Part shown: one piece after another, positions 9,160 through 19,268 of the stretch
How positions within the stretch are numbered: position 1 is the first letter of the stretch
How the letters are laid out: each line of letters starts with the position of its first letter
Source: Eubacteriales bacterium
GTDB taxonomy: Bacteria; Bacillota; Clostridia; Oscillospirales; CAG-272
DNA length: 47,359 nt
Assembly (NCBI GenBank): GCA_045655145.1
Contig: JAZOOW010000103.1
Coordinates: 1 to 47,359 of the forward strand
Direction of reading: 5' to 3'
The notes under the pieces: model-generated
What the model was told of the DNA's origin: nothing
The model's input: only the letters and a program-made list of their open reading frames with translations
Database searches by the model: none
Program-made: the position numbers and the translations under genes

Positions 9160-9648
9160 TTACTCAGCAGCAGGAGCCTCTACAGTCTCCTCGGCTACGG
9201 GAGCTTCCTGGGCTACGGGAGCCTCCTCGACAACCTTAGCGACCTTTTTCTTGCGCGTGGCGGCCTTCTTCTCCACGGGTGCCGGCTCTTCCTTCTTCTC
9301 CTGTACGGGGACAAGACGGATCAGTGCCATCTCTGCGCCGTCGCCACGGCGCGGGCCGAGCTTATACACCTGGGTGTAACCGCCGTTCTTATCTTCATAA
9401 ACGGTTGCAAGCTGGTCAAATACCTTCTTTACAACGCTCTCCTTGGTGATAAAGGCAAGAGCCTCACGGCGAGCCGCAAGTGTTCCCTTCTTACCAAGGG
9501 TGATCATGGAATCAGCAAGTGCGCTGACTTCCTTTGCGCGTGTATAGGTGGTTTCGAGCTTGCCATTTTCAAGCAGATAGGTCACAAGACCTCTGAGCAT
9601 CAGCATTCTGTGCGCAGTTTTTCTGCCGAGTTTTCTTGTTCCGGGCAT
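9160..9648 (-). CDS. rplQ: 50S ribosomal protein L17 with a ~45-aa Pro/Glu/Ala/Lys-rich C-terminal extension
   Basis: [21 protein letters not shown]... is an L17 core, followed by the tail ...[22 protein letters not shown]. Last gene of the alpha operon. Confidence 0.95.
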   Translation of the reverse strand: MPGTRKLGRKTAHRMLMLRGLVTYLLENGKLETTYTRAKEVSALADSMITLGKKGTLAARREALAFITKESVVKKVFDQLATVYEDKNGGYTQVYKLGPRRGDGAEMALIRLVPVQEKKEEPAPVEKKAATRKKKVAKVVEEAPVAQEAPVAEETVEAPAAE

Positions 9649-9676
9649 GTTTTTTCCCTCCTATGCGTATTCTCCG

Positions 9677-10651
9677 TTACTCTTCCGACTTTTTAAGGTC
9701 AAGACCGAGCGAATGGAGTTTCTGGATAACTTCTTCCAGCGATTTTCTACCGAGGTTTCTGACCTTGATCATATCCTCCTCGGTACGGTTGATCAGATCT
9801 TCTACGCTATCGATGCCGGCGCGCTTCAAGCAGTTGAAGCTACGAACCGACAGATCAAGCTCCTCAATGGTCATCTCAAGGACCTTTTCCTTCTTGGTTT
9901 CCTCGCGTTCCACCATGATCTCTGCCTTCTTTGCTTCATCAGACATATCCACAAAGAGGTTAAGATGCTCGTTGAGAATCTTGGCTCCCAAGGAAAGTGC
10001 TTCTTTTGCGGAGAGTGTTCCGTTTGTGAGCACCTTCATGGTCAATTTGTCGTAGTCGGTAATGTTTCCGACACGGGTATTCTCCACCTTATATTCCGTC
10101 TTGTAAACAGGTGTGAAGATCGAATCAACGAAGATCATCCCGACGGGGGCACCAACACCGGCACCCAAAGTGGAAATGTAGTTCTGCTTGTTCTTGTCGG
10201 CAGAAACATAACCGCGGCCTGCGCCAAAGGTCAGCTCCATATAGAAGCGTGCGTTGGCACTGACGGTTGCCAAATGCTTATCGGGATTCAAAATCTCGAT
10301 ATCTGCATCGGGTGTAATATCACCTGCCGTAACGGTACAGGGTCCCGTGACATCAATCACTACCGTTTTGGTAGTAGGGGTGTGCAGCTTTGCTACAATG
10401 CCCTTTACATTGAGCACGATCTCCGGCACGTCTTCCTTCACTCCATTGACTGCGCTGATCTCATGGATCACACCGTCAATCTTGATGGCAGTCGCCGCAT
10501 AACCAGGCAGCGAGCTGAGCAAAATACGGCGCAGGGAGTTGCCAAGCGTGGTACCGTAGCCTCTTTCCAGAGGCTCTACCACAAACTCGCCCTCTGCTCC
10601 GTCTGCGCTCAGGGCTGCAGTCGTAATATTGGGCTTTTCTATTTCAATCAT
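9677..10651 (-). CDS. rpoA: DNA-directed RNA polymerase subunit alpha
   Basis: 324 aa. N-terminal domain ...[25 protein letters not shown]..., and the C-terminal domain [17 protein letters not shown]. Confidence 0.97.
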   Translation of the reverse strand: MIEIEKPNITTAALSADGAEGEFVVEPLERGYGTTLGNSLRRILLSSLPGYAATAIKIDGVIHEISAVNGVKEDVPEIVLNVKGIVAKLHTPTTKTVVIDVTGPCTVTAGDITPDADIEILNPDKHLATVSANARFYMELTFGAGRGYVSADKNKQNYISTLGAGVGAPVGMIFVDSIFTPVYKTEYKVENTRVGNITDYDKLTMKVLTNGTLSAKEALSLGAKILNEHLNLFVDMSDEAKKAEIMVEREETKKEKVLEMTIEELDLSVRSFNCLKRAGIDSVEDLINRTEEDMIKVRNLGRKSLEEVIQKLHSLGLDLKKSEE

Positions 10652-10795
10652 TTCTGTATCCTCCTAAAAGTGAAATGTGGGAACCGCGTTCCACAAACGA
10701 ACACAAAAACCATACAGTCAAACTCTTGCCGTGGGCGAGATCCATTTTCACGCTCTCGCCTCTCGGCAACCACTGTCTGGTAACCGGAGGGGCAA

Positions 10796-11422
10796 TTATT
10801 TGGAATAGAATTCAACGATGAGCTGTTCTGCGATCGGGAAATCGATCTCATCGCGAACAGGAGCAGTCAGCACCTTTACGGACATATCAGCCGCATTGAC
10901 ATCAAGCCACTTCGGCGTGATCTGCGATGCAAGACCTTCTGCGAGGGCCTTGATCTTCTCGCTGTCGCGGGATGCTTCCTTAACTGCCACAACATCACCG
11001 GCCTTAACAAGCAGAGACGGGATCGTCACCTTCTTGCCGTTAAGCGTGAAGTGACCGTGCAGAACGAGCTGACGTGCCTCCTTGCGGCTGGCGGCCATAC
11101 CCATTCTGTAAATAACGTTATCAAGACGGGACTCAAGGATCACAAGCAGGTTCTCACCCGTCTTGCCGGGCTTCTTATCTGCCATCTCGTAATATCTTAC
11201 GAACTGACTCTCAAGCACGCCGTAGTAGCGTCTTGCCTTCTGCTTCTCGCGCATGTGAGCACCGTATTCGCCGATCTTCTTACGGGCAGCACCGTGCTGA
11301 CCGGGGGCAGTGCTTCTGTGATCAAATGCACACTTGCCGGAGGTGCAGCGTTCACCCTTCAGGAACAACTTGCAGCCTTCTCTGCGGCAAAGCTTGCAGC
11401 TAGGGCCTGTATATCTTGCCAT
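10796..11422 (-). CDS. rpsD: 30S ribosomal protein S4 (Cys-containing form)
   Basis: [26 protein letters not shown]... with an S4 domain. Confidence 0.97.
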   Translation of the reverse strand: MARYTGPSCKLCRREGCKLFLKGERCTSGKCAFDHRSTAPGQHGAARKKIGEYGAHMREKQKARRYYGVLESQFVRYYEMADKKPGKTGENLLVILESRLDNVIYRMGMAASRKEARQLVLHGHFTLNGKKVTIPSLLVKAGDVVAVKEASRDSEKIKALAEGLASQITPKWLDVNAADMSVKVLTAPVRDEIDFPIAEQLIVEFYSK

Positions 11423-11444
11423 AGTTTTGTAACCTCCTCTTGAA

Positions 11445-11834
11445 TTAAACGCGACGGCGTTTGGGAGGACGGCAACCGTTATGAGGAATCGGTGTCACGT
11501 CCCGGATCAGGGTGATGTTAAGACCTGCGGTCTGCAGAGCACGGATAGCAGATTCACGGCCTGCACCGGGGCCCTTTACATACACTTCAACAGTCTTCAT
11601 GCCGTGATCAACAGCCAGGTGAGCAGCATGCTCTGCCGTGGTCTGTGCAGCGTAGGGAGTAGACTTTCTCGAACCCTTAAAGCCAAGCTCACCGGCGGAT
11701 GCCCACGAAATCGCGTTGCCTGCCGTATCGGTGATCGTAACGATCGTGTTGTTAAAGGTTGCACGGATGTGTGCGGTGCCCTTTTCAACGTTCTTGCGCT
11801 CGCGGCGCTTTTTAACAGTTTTCTGAACAGCCAT
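11445..11834 (-). CDS. rpsK: 30S ribosomal protein S11
   Basis: ...[30 protein letters not shown]... is an S11 signature. Confidence 0.97.
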   Translation of the reverse strand: MAVQKTVKKRRERKNVEKGTAHIRATFNNTIVTITDTAGNAISWASAGELGFKGSRKSTPYAAQTTAEHAAHLAVDHGMKTVEVYVKGPGAGRESAIRALQTAGLNITLIRDVTPIPHNGCRPPKRRRV

Positions 11835-11846
11835 GTTTCTCCCTCC

Positions 11847-12215
11847 TTACTTCTTCTTATTTGCGATGGTCTTTGCAGGACCTTTTCTGGTTCTTGCGTT
11901 GGTCTTGGTGCGCTGGCCTCTTACGGGAAGCCCCTTGCGGTGACGAATACCGCGGTAGCAGTTTACCTCAACCATTCTCTTGATGTTGAGCGCAACTTCA
12001 CGGCGGAGGTCACCCTCTACGGTGTAGTTTGCCTCGATCTCATCACGGAGCAGAGCCACTTCCTGCTCGGTCAAGTCTTTTGCACGGGTATCGGGATTGA
12101 TACCGGTCTTTGTCAGGATGTCCTGAGCGCTCTTGCGGCCGATTCCGTAGATGTAGGTCAGTGCGATCTCAACGCGCTTGAGGTTCGGAATATCAACACC
12201 TGCTATACGAGCCAT
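11847..12215 (-). CDS. rpsM: 30S ribosomal protein S13
   Basis: [26 protein letters not shown]... Confidence 0.97.
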   Translation of the reverse strand: MARIAGVDIPNLKRVEIALTYIYGIGRKSAQDILTKTGINPDTRAKDLTEQEVALLRDEIEANYTVEGDLRREVALNIKRMVEVNCYRGIRHRKGLPVRGQRTKTNARTRKGPAKTIANKKK

Positions 12216-12288
12216 ATGGATATTTCACTCCTTTTTTCATATTTCCGTCATTTTGGACGGGGTTGGCAATCTCATCACGGAAAAGTAA

Positions 12289-12402
12289 TCAGCCCTGTCT
12301 CTGCTTGTGCTTGGGGTTCTCACAGATAACCATGACTGCGCCTTTTCTTTTGATGATCTTGCACTTCTCACAGATTTTCTTTACGGAAGGTCTGACTTTC
12401 AT
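12289..12402 (-). CDS. rpmJ: 50S ribosomal protein L36 (zinc-binding form)
   Basis: Translated by hand because it is below the track's length cutoff: [37 protein letters not shown], stop TGA at 12289..12291. Confidence 0.93.
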   Translation of the reverse strand: MKVRPSVKKICEKCKIIKRKGAVMVICENPKHKQRQG

Positions 12403-12428
12403 TGTGCTTGCCTTTCCTTTCAGTTAAT

Positions 12429-12647
12429 TTACTTTTTGCGCCATGTGATACGGCCCTTGGTGAGGTCATAGATAGAAACCTCTACCGTTACCGTATCGCC
12501 GGGCAGGATCTTGATATAATTCATACGAAGCTTGCCCGAAATATGAGCTGTAACGATATGCCCATTGGGAAGCTTTACCTTGAAGACCGTGTTCGGAAGT
12601 GCCTCCACAACCACGCCTTCAAATTCCATCACATCATCCTTCGGCAG
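12429..12647 (-). CDS. infA: Translation initiation factor IF-1, probable non-canonical (CTG or ATT) start
   Basis: The track ORF begins at an internal GTG (12632). The in-frame upstream codons read ATT ATT CTG CCG AAG GAT GAT GTG ATG GAA, giving (M)[10 protein letters not shown], which aligns with the conserved MAKDDVIEVEG N-terminus. The AGGAGG SD at 12660..12655 lies 7 nt from the CTG. Confidence 0.85.
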   Translation of the reverse strand: MPKDDVMEFEGVVVEALPNTVFKVKLPNGHIVTAHISGKLRMNYIKILPGDTVTVEVSIYDLTKGRITWRKK

Positions 12648-12659
12648 AATAATCCCTCC

Positions 12660-13418
12660 TTAACCTACCGATGCTTCGGTTAAAATGATCGGGCCGTTGT
12701 CGGTAATCGCAACCGTATTCTCATAGTGGGCGGAGAGTGAACCGTCAACGGTTATCACCGTCCAGCCGTCCGAAAGAACGCGGACCTCCGATCTACCTGC
12801 ATTGACCATCGGCTCAATCGCGATCGTCATACCGGGATACAGGCGTGCGCCCCTCCCAGGTGTCCCGTAATTGGGAACATCAGGCTCCTCATGCAAGGCA
12901 GCACCGATGCCGTGTCCGATAAACTGGCGCACAACGGAAAATCCGTCGGCAAGCACCCGTTCCTCAACGGCATGGCCGATATCTCCGATACGCCGGCCCG
13001 AAAGTGCTTGCTCCATGCCGCGATAGAAGCTTTGCTTCGTCGCTTCAATCAGCCTTTGTGCCGCTGCATCGACATGTCCGACCGCAAAGGTACGGGCACT
13101 GTCACCATGATAGCCGCGGTAGCAGGCACCGACGTCGACCTTCACGATATCCCCCTCACGGATGATCCGTGATTTAGAGGGGATCCCGTGAATGACCTCG
13201 TCATTCAGACTGATGCAAGCACTGCCGGGAAATCCGTTGTATCCAAGAAAGCTCGGCTTTGCGCCGTGACGCTCAATAAAGCCGCGGATATGCCGATCCA
13301 GCTCCCATGTGGTCATGCCATCACGGAGAACCGATTCTGCATAGACGAGCGTCTCGGCGGTAATGCGTCCTGCCTCCTTCATAAGGCGAAGTTGCTCGGG
13401 CGTTTTTAAGGAAATCAA
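12660..13418 (-). CDS. map: Type I methionine aminopeptidase
   Basis: 252 aa with metal ligand regions (DIVKVDVGA, FIGHGIG, EPM). Confidence 0.95.
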   Translation of the reverse strand: MISLKTPEQLRLMKEAGRITAETLVYAESVLRDGMTTWELDRHIRGFIERHGAKPSFLGYNGFPGSACISLNDEVIHGIPSKSRIIREGDIVKVDVGACYRGYHGDSARTFAVGHVDAAAQRLIEATKQSFYRGMEQALSGRRIGDIGHAVEERVLADGFSVVRQFIGHGIGAALHEEPDVPNYGTPGRGARLYPGMTIAIEPMVNAGRSEVRVLSDGWTVITVDGSLSAHYENTVAITDNGPIILTEASVG

Positions 13419-14053
13419 TTTCCCGCCTCCAGGGCCGCAATCGTACGAGCTGTGGTATCCTCCAGCTCTTCCTGCCCTTCCACTAGACGGAGAAGTCCTT
13501 TGGCGGCATAGAAATCCTTAAGAGGCTCTGTGGATTCGTGATAGATCGCAAGACGGCTCTTCACCACCTCGGGATCGTCATCACGGCGGATGGAAAGCGG
13601 ATGCTCACACTTCTCGCACAAGTCACCCTTGGCGGATGCGTTGTACTGAATGTGGTAGGAAGCACCGCATTTGTCACAAACACGGCGGCCGCTCATACGC
13701 GTAACGATGGTTTCGTCGGCAACCTCCAGGCTGACCACCACATCAAGAGCGATCCCCATGGCGTCAAGCGCTTCCGCTTGCGGCACTGTGCGGGGAAAGC
13801 CGTCGAGGATGAAGCCGTTTTTGCAATCGTCCTTTGCAAGACGCTCGCGAATGATGCCGATGACCACCTCGTCGGGAACGAGGGCACCGGATTCGGTGTA
13901 TTTTTTGGCGGCAAGACCCATTTCCGTGCCGGTCTTGATGGCCTCACGGATGATGGCGCCGGTCGAGATCGTGGGAATGCCATAGCGCTCTGCTACGATC
14001 TCTGCCTGTGTTCCCTTGCCTGCGCCGGGAGCACCTAAAAAGATAATCTTCAT
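13415..14053 (-). CDS. adk: Adenylate kinase (Cys4 lid)
   Basis: MKIIFLGAPGAGKGTQA P-loop; lid CDKCG...CEKC. Confidence 0.96.
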   Translation of the reverse strand: MKIIFLGAPGAGKGTQAEIVAERYGIPTISTGAIIREAIKTGTEMGLAAKKYTESGALVPDEVVIGIIRERLAKDDCKNGFILDGFPRTVPQAEALDAMGIALDVVVSLEVADETIVTRMSGRRVCDKCGASYHIQYNASAKGDLCEKCEHPLSIRRDDDPEVVKSRLAIYHESTEPLKDFYAAKGLLRLVEGQEELEDTTARTIAALEAGN

Positions 14054-14068
14054 ATTCTATCTCCGTTA

Positions 14069-15457
14069 TCAATCAAGGAATCCCTTGTAGTTGCGCATCG
14101 TCAGCTGTGCCTCGATCTCTCTTGCCGTTTCCTGGATAACACCGATCACGATGAGAAGCGAGGTGCCGCCGAAGGCAATGCTGGCAAACGTACCGCCGAG
14201 CATATCCACTCCCCAAGAAACAAGGGCGGGGAAAATGGAAATGAAAGCGAGGAAGAAGGCACCCATCAGGGTGATCTTGTTGAGGATACGCTTGATATAT
14301 TCAGCCGTGGGAGTTCCCTGGCGAATGCCGGGGATCTGACCGCCCTGCTTTTGCAGGTTGTTGGAAACCTCGATCGGATCAAAGCTGATCGAGATATAGA
14401 AGTAGGAGAAGCCGAGGATCAGCAGGAACAGAAGTGCCATGTAGATCAAGCTCCACCAGCTGCCAACAGGACTGAACATCTGGTTAATAAAGTAAGCTAC
14501 GGGATTTGTCTTTTCATTGATCGAGGTTCCGTAAATGAAACCAAGAATGGTGGCGGGCAAGGAAATGATCGTGCTTGCCAGAATGACAGGCATAACGCCG
14601 GACATATTCACCTTCATCGGCAGGTGCGAGGACTGACCGCCGTACATCTTACGACCGACAACGCGCTTGGCGTACTTGATCGGGATGCGGCGCTCGGAGC
14701 CCGTGATCCATACCATGAAGAAGATGATGGCTACGGTGATCGCGATCGAGAGGATCGCAAGACCGATATTGAGAATACCGTAGAAGGTAGTGACCGGGGT
14801 GGATGCGGCTGCATTCGTCTGATCTGCCGTAAAGCCGGACTGGATCATCGAAATGAAGCTCTGCACGGTGGCCCCCATGCCGGAGAGAATGTTGGCAAGA
14901 AGAATGAGAGAGATACCGTTGCCGATACCGCGCTCCTCGATCTTCTCGGCAAGCCACATAATGAGTGCTGCGCCTGCACAGTAGCAGGTCACGATCACGA
15001 TACCGCCGAGTACGGTTTCTCCGTCCGGAGTAAGGATGCCGTTGTTACGCATGATCATATAGTAGCCAATACTGGTCATGATGGCCAACAAAACGGTCAC
15101 GATACGTGTCCAGAAGGTCATCTTTTTACGCTTTTCCTGCGGATCTGCATCTCTGCCGCCGAACCAACGGGGGAAAGCAACGTCAAGGAGCTGCAGAACG
15201 ATGGAAGACGTAATATAGGGGGACACCGACAGAGCAAACAGGGTTGCGTTGCCGAATGCACTACCCGAAAGCATATTGAGATAGGTGAAGATGGAGCCGC
15301 TGCCAAGTCCGTTGAGATACAGATTCATCATGGACGAGTCAACGAAGGGGACGGGCATAACGGCACCGACACGGTAGAGGATCAGAATGAATCCTACGAA
15401 CAAAAGCTTCGCACGAAGCTCCGGCACCTTAAATGCATTCCTCAAAGTCTGAAGCAT
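14069..15457 (-). CDS. secY: Preprotein translocase subunit SecY
   Basis: 462-aa, 10-TM ORF at the canonical position between rplO and adk. Confidence 0.96.
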   Translation of the reverse strand: MLQTLRNAFKVPELRAKLLFVGFILILYRVGAVMPVPFVDSSMMNLYLNGLGSGSIFTYLNMLSGSAFGNATLFALSVSPYITSSIVLQLLDVAFPRWFGGRDADPQEKRKKMTFWTRIVTVLLAIMTSIGYYMIMRNNGILTPDGETVLGGIVIVTCYCAGAALIMWLAEKIEERGIGNGISLILLANILSGMGATVQSFISMIQSGFTADQTNAAASTPVTTFYGILNIGLAILSIAITVAIIFFMVWITGSERRIPIKYAKRVVGRKMYGGQSSHLPMKVNMSGVMPVILASTIISLPATILGFIYGTSINEKTNPVAYFINQMFSPVGSWWSLIYMALLFLLILGFSYFYISISFDPIEVSNNLQKQGGQIPGIRQGTPTAEYIKRILNKITLMGAFFLAFISIFPALVSWGVDMLGGTFASIAFGGTSLLIVIGVIQETAREIEAQLTMRNYKGFLD

Positions 15458-15898
15458 TTATACCACCTCAGTCTTTCCACCTGCTGCTTCTATCTTTTCC
15501 TTTGCACTTGCCGAAAAGACTGCTGCTTTCACGGTGAGTTTTTTGTTGAGCTCACCTCTGCCGAGCACCTTGATACCATCGCAGGCAGAGCTTACAACGC
15601 CCGAAGTGAGCAGTGCTGCCATATCCACGACGGCACCGTCCTCAAATTTGTTAAGGTTTTCAAGATTGACGATTGCATAAGTCTTAGCGAACTGATTGTG
15701 AAATCCTCTTTTGGGAAGGCGTCTGTAAAGCGGGAGCTGACCGCCCTCAAAGCCGGGACGGACACCGCCGCCGGAACGGGCGTTCTGACCCTTATGACCT
15801 TTACCAGCCGTTTTTCCGTTACCGGAACCCGGGCCTCTGCCACGACGGAAGGAGCTCTTCTGGGAGCCTTCTGCGGGAGAAAGTTCATGGAGTTTCAT
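15458..15898 (-). CDS. rplO: 50S ribosomal protein L15
   Basis: [12 protein letters not shown]...[26 protein letters not shown]... Confidence 0.96.
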   Translation of the reverse strand: MKLHELSPAEGSQKSSFRRGRGPGSGNGKTAGKGHKGQNARSGGGVRPGFEGGQLPLYRRLPKRGFHNQFAKTYAIVNLENLNKFEDGAVVDMAALLTSGVVSSACDGIKVLGRGELNKKLTVKAAVFSASAKEKIEAAGGKTEVV

Positions 15899-15927
15899 TA
15901 AGCTATTCCTCCTTTTTCGTATTCCGA

Positions 15928-16107
15928 TTAAACGGTTTCGATCTTAACGAGGTGACGGAGAACGGTTACCTTGCCGGCCAGTACGGCATCATTGGCATGC
16001 TCTACGTAGTCACCGATCTTGCGAAGACCAAGGGTAGCGGCAGTAGCCTTCTGATTCGGCTTTGCGCCGATCAGGCTCTTGACGAGCACAACTTTTACCT
16101 TTTCCAT
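15928..16107 (-). CDS. rpmD: 50S ribosomal protein L30
   Basis: [37 protein letters not shown]... ATG at 16107. The longer track ORF is an upstream in-frame extension. Confidence 0.93.
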   Translation of the reverse strand: MEKVKVVLVKSLIGAKPNQKATAATLGLRKIGDYVEHANDAVLAGKVTVLRHLVKIETV

Positions 16108-16120
16108 GTGTGTGCCCTCC

Positions 16121-16624
16121 TTAACCCTTGACTGCTTCCGTGCTGATGCCGCGGAGTGCCGCAACCTGCTCAGCGGTACGCAGAGAGCGAAGGCCCTCAA
16201 AGGTAGCGCGTACGACGTTGGTGGGGTTGCTGGAGCGCAGGCTCTTTGCACGGATATTCTTGATGCCGGCAAGCTCAAGCACGGCGCGCACGGTCTGACC
16301 GGCGATGATACCGGTACCTTCTGCGGCGGGCTTCAAGAGAACCTTACCTGCACCAAACTCGGCGAGGACCTCATGAGGGATGGTTGTGCCCTTCATGGAA
16401 ACCTCGATCATGTTTTTCTTGGCATCCTCGATGCCCTTGCGGATCGCGTCCGGAACCTCGGCAGCCTTGCCAAGGCCGTAGCCAACGTGACCGTTGCCGT
16501 CACCGACAACCATCAGGGCTGCAAAGCGTGCGATACGACCACCCTTTACGGTCTTGGAAACGCGGTTGAGAGCAACCAGCTTTTCCTGCAGATCGAGGGT
16601 AGCAGGATCAAAATTCTTTACCAT
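16121..16624 (-). CDS. rpsE: 30S ribosomal protein S5
   Basis: ...[39 protein letters not shown]... Confidence 0.97.
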   Translation of the reverse strand: MVKNFDPATLDLQEKLVALNRVSKTVKGGRIARFAALMVVGDGNGHVGYGLGKAAEVPDAIRKGIEDAKKNMIEVSMKGTTIPHEVLAEFGAGKVLLKPAAEGTGIIAGQTVRAVLELAGIKNIRAKSLRSSNPTNVVRATFEGLRSLRTAEQVAALRGISTEAVKG

Positions 16625-16681
16625 GTTGTTTTACTCCTTCAAAATTTCAAAAACAGGTTTGAAACCGTGTACAAACCGAAA

Positions 16682-17041
16682 TCAGAACTGAAGGCCGCCC
16701 TCACGAGCGCCTGCAGCCAATTCCGATACACGACCGTGGTAAACATAACCGCCGCGATCAAACACAACGGTGGTAATGCCCTTCTCAAGAGCACGCTGCG
16801 CGAGGATCATGCCGACCTTCTTTGCAGCCTCCTTGTTGGAGCCGATGCCCTCAAAACCCTTTTCGTTGGAGGCAGCGGCACAGAGCGTAACGCCGGCCAC
16901 ATCGTCAATGATCTGCGCATAGATGTTGGCGTTGGAGCGATATACGGCAAGACGGGGCATCTCGGGAGTGCCGGAGATCTTAGCTCTGACTCTCTTATGT
17001 CTCTTAAGACGCTTCGCATTGCTATCAATTTTCTTAACCAT
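16682..17041 (-). CDS. rplR: 50S ribosomal protein L18
   Basis: ...[34 protein letters not shown]... Confidence 0.96.
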   Translation of the reverse strand: MVKKIDSNAKRLKRHKRVRAKISGTPEMPRLAVYRSNANIYAQIIDDVAGVTLCAAASNEKGFEGIGSNKEAAKKVGMILAQRALEKGITTVVFDRGGYVYHGRVSELAAGAREGGLQF

Positions 17042-17059
17042 TTGCGTCCACTCCTTTCA

Positions 17060-17599
17060 TTATTTACCGGTCTTACCGGCTTTGCGGCGAATCTTCTCGC
17101 CTGCATACTTGATACCCTTACCAAGATAGGGCTCGGGCGGTCTTTTTGCACGGATCCAAGCGGCCATCTGTCCAACGGCCTGCTTGTCAATACCCTTTAC
17201 GATAATCGTGGTATTGTCCGGAAGCTCAAAGGTGATCCCGTTGCCCTCTTCAAAGAAGACGGGGTGCGAGTAACCGAGTGCGAGCACGAGCTTTTTGCCC
17301 TGCTTCTCTGCGCGGTAGCCGACGCCGTTGATCTGGAGGGTCTTGGAAAATCCGGTGGATACGCCCGTTACCATGTTGGAGAGGAGCGTACGGGTGAGGC
17401 CGTGCAGTGCACGGTCCTCTGCCTCATCACTGGCACGGGTCACGAGCAGAGTGCTACCCTCCTGTGCGATGGTGATGCGGGTGGAGAAGGTGTCCGTCAG
17501 AGTGCCAAGGGCACCCTTTACGGTAACGGTATTGCCCTCTGCAACCGTAACGGTGACGTTTGCGGGGAGCGCGATAGGAGCTCTACCAATTCTTGACAT
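17060..17599 (-). CDS. rplF: 50S ribosomal protein L6
   Basis: [19 protein letters not shown]... is an L6 fold repeat. Confidence 0.96.
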   Translation of the reverse strand: MSRIGRAPIALPANVTVTVAEGNTVTVKGALGTLTDTFSTRITIAQEGSTLLVTRASDEAEDRALHGLTRTLLSNMVTGVSTGFSKTLQINGVGYRAEKQGKKLVLALGYSHPVFFEEGNGITFELPDNTTIIVKGIDKQAVGQMAAWIRAKRPPEPYLGKGIKYAGEKIRRKAGKTGK

Positions 17600-17618
17600 A
17601 TCGTTTACCTCCTATCCA

Positions 17619-18017
17619 TTACCATACAAAAGCGAGGATCTCGCCGCCTACGTTGGCAGCGCGAGCGCTTTTGTCGGTCATGATACCCTTAGACGTGGAT
17701 ACGATGGCGATGCCGAGGCCGTTCATGACCTTAGGCATATCCTCGCAGTTGGTGTAAATACGAAGGCCGGGCTTGGACACGCGGCGAAGGCCGTGAATAA
17801 CCTTCTGCTTGCCCGGTGCGTACTTCAGGGTCACACGGATGATTCCCTGCTTGCCGTCCTCTACGATCTGATAGCTCTTAATGTAGCCCTCGTTGAGAAG
17901 AATATCGGCGATAGACTTTTTCATGTTGGATGCAGGAATGTCCACCGTTGCGTGCTTTGCATCGTTTGCATTTCTGATGCGGGTGAGCATATCTGCAATT
18001 ACGTCTGAAATTTGCAT
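17619..18017 (-). CDS. rpsH: 30S ribosomal protein S8
   Basis: ...[18 protein letters not shown]... Confidence 0.96.
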   Translation of the reverse strand: MQISDVIADMLTRIRNANDAKHATVDIPASNMKKSIADILLNEGYIKSYQIVEDGKQGIIRVTLKYAPGKQKVIHGLRRVSKPGLRIYTNCEDMPKVMNGLGIAIVSTSKGIMTDKSARAANVGGEILAFVW

Positions 18018-18132
18018 TGTTTTATCCTCCTATATGCAAGTTCATGTTATCTTGCTGCCGCACTGCTTGGCGGCCGCCTGTCCGGTGGTAAAAGCACTGG
18101 CTTTCCTGCCGGCAGATAGAGAATTTTTCCGA

Positions 18133-18318
18133 TTACCAGGATGCTTTTCTTACGCCCGGGATCTCGCCCTTGTAGGCAAGGCCACGGAAGCAAATACGGC
18201 AGATCCCGTACTTACGGAGATATGCGTGGGGACGGCCGCAAATTTTGCACCGATTGTAGGAACGGGTGGAAAACTTGGGGGCAGCCTGCTGCTTCAAAAC
18301 CATAGATTTTTTAGCCAT
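18133..18318 (-). CDS. rpsZ: 30S ribosomal protein S14, type Z (zinc-binding, 61 aa)
   Basis: [11 protein letters not shown]...[22 protein letters not shown]... Confidence 0.95.
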   Translation of the reverse strand: MAKKSMVLKQQAAPKFSTRSYNRCKICGRPHAYLRKYGICRICFRGLAYKGEIPGVRKASW

Positions 18319-18336
18319 GTTACTTCTTCCTTCCCA

Positions 18337-18876
18337 TTATTTCGCAAACGGAGCGCCCATCTGTGCGAGGAGCTCTCTTGCTTCTTCATCGGTATTGGCT
18401 GTCGTGACGAACACGATGTCCATACCACGGATCTTGTCAATCTTGTCGTACTCGATCTCCGGGAAAATCAGCTGCTCCTTGAGGCCCAAGGAGTAGTTGC
18501 CGCGGCCGTCAAATGCGTTGGGATTGATCCCCTTGAAGTCACGGACACGAGGAAGAGCAAAGGAGAACAGACGATCCATAAACTCGTACATGCGCTCGCC
18601 GCGGAGAGTTACCTTCGCGCCGATCTTCATGCCTGCTCTCAGCTTGAAGTTTGCTACCGACTTCTTTGCATAGGTCGGAACAGCCTTCTGGCCGGAGATG
18701 AGCGAGAGCTCATCAATGATCGTATCGATTACCTTTGCGTTTTCTTTTGCGTCGCCTGCGCCGACGTTGATAATGATCTTATCAAGCTTCGGAATCTGCA
18801 TCGGGCTCTTGTAGTTAAACTTTGCCATCAATGCGGAGGCAACTTCATTCTTATACATTTCATGCAATCTCGACAT
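18337..18876 (-). CDS. rplE: 50S ribosomal protein L5
   Basis: [31 protein letters not shown]... ATG at 18876 after GGGAGGTAAACGA. The track ORF extends upstream in frame. Confidence 0.95.
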   Translation of the reverse strand: MSRLHEMYKNEVASALMAKFNYKSPMQIPKLDKIIINVGAGDAKENAKVIDTIIDELSLISGQKAVPTYAKKSVANFKLRAGMKIGAKVTLRGERMYEFMDRLFSFALPRVRDFKGINPNAFDGRGNYSLGLKEQLIFPEIEYDKIDKIRGMDIVFVTTANTDEEARELLAQMGAPFAK

Positions 18877-18890
18877 GTCGTTTACCTCCC

Positions 18891-19253
18891 TTAGATTTCT
18901 TTGCCGCACTTCGGGCAAACGCGAATTTTGATCTGCTTACCATCCTTGCCGTCCTTGAAGGCAGCCTTTGCGCGGATGGCCTTGTTGTACTTCTCACAAC
19001 CGGAGTTGGTGCAAACGAGCTGCACCTTGGATGCGTAGATAGCGCCCTCGGTCTTGATGATGCCGCCGGCCTCACCCTGTCTGCGGGGCTTCTGATGCTT
19101 GGATACGACGTTAACACCCTCTACGATGACCTTGCCCTCCTCGGGAGAGGTGGCCATAACCTTGGCAATCGTGTTTTCGCCCTTCTCGTTCTTTCTGTCG
19201 TCACCGGAGATCACGATCACGGTGTCGCCCTTTTTCACATGCAAGCTTTTCAT
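18891..19253 (-). CDS. rplX: 50S ribosomal protein L24 with a C-terminal Cys4 (CX4C...CX2C) segment
   Basis: KOW motif [15 protein letters not shown]. The C-terminal part is ...[12 protein letters not shown]...[10 protein letters not shown]. Confidence 0.93.
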   Translation of the reverse strand: MKSLHVKKGDTVIVISGDDRKNEKGENTIAKVMATSPEEGKVIVEGVNVVSKHQKPRRQGEAGGIIKTEGAIYASKVQLVCTNSGCEKYNKAIRAKAAFKDGKDGKQIKIRVCPKCGKEI

Positions 19254-19268
19254 GTCGCTAACCTCCTC

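Noticed and set aside
10652-10795. 144-nt structured spacer between rpsD and rpoA (nested hairpin TTGCCG...GGCGAGA...TCTCGCC...CGGCAA).
   Set aside because: Spacers with hairpins before rpoA are common (differential expression and RNA processing). I could not tie this one to any specific function, so I left it out as a separate finding.
14351-15901. 516-aa ORF on the + strand opposite secY/rplO. Similar long antisense ORFs occur at 16079..17596, 31603..33531, 29419..30984, 2668..3996, 9647..10783, 5901..6791, 25934..26893, 37065..38345, 41463..42569 and 19696..20655.
   Set aside because: Each lies exactly antisense to a well-supported conserved gene. Their translations are Arg/Gly/His/Cys-rich and low in family resemblance. 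Long stop-free antisense frames are expected in GC-rich coding DNA. None has an SD or promoter.
10796-18318. Cys4 motifs in S4, L36, S14 (type Z) and the adenylate kinase lid.
   Set aside because: These are the standard zinc-binding (C+) forms typical of Firmicutes. Only the L24 Cys4 segment looked atypical.
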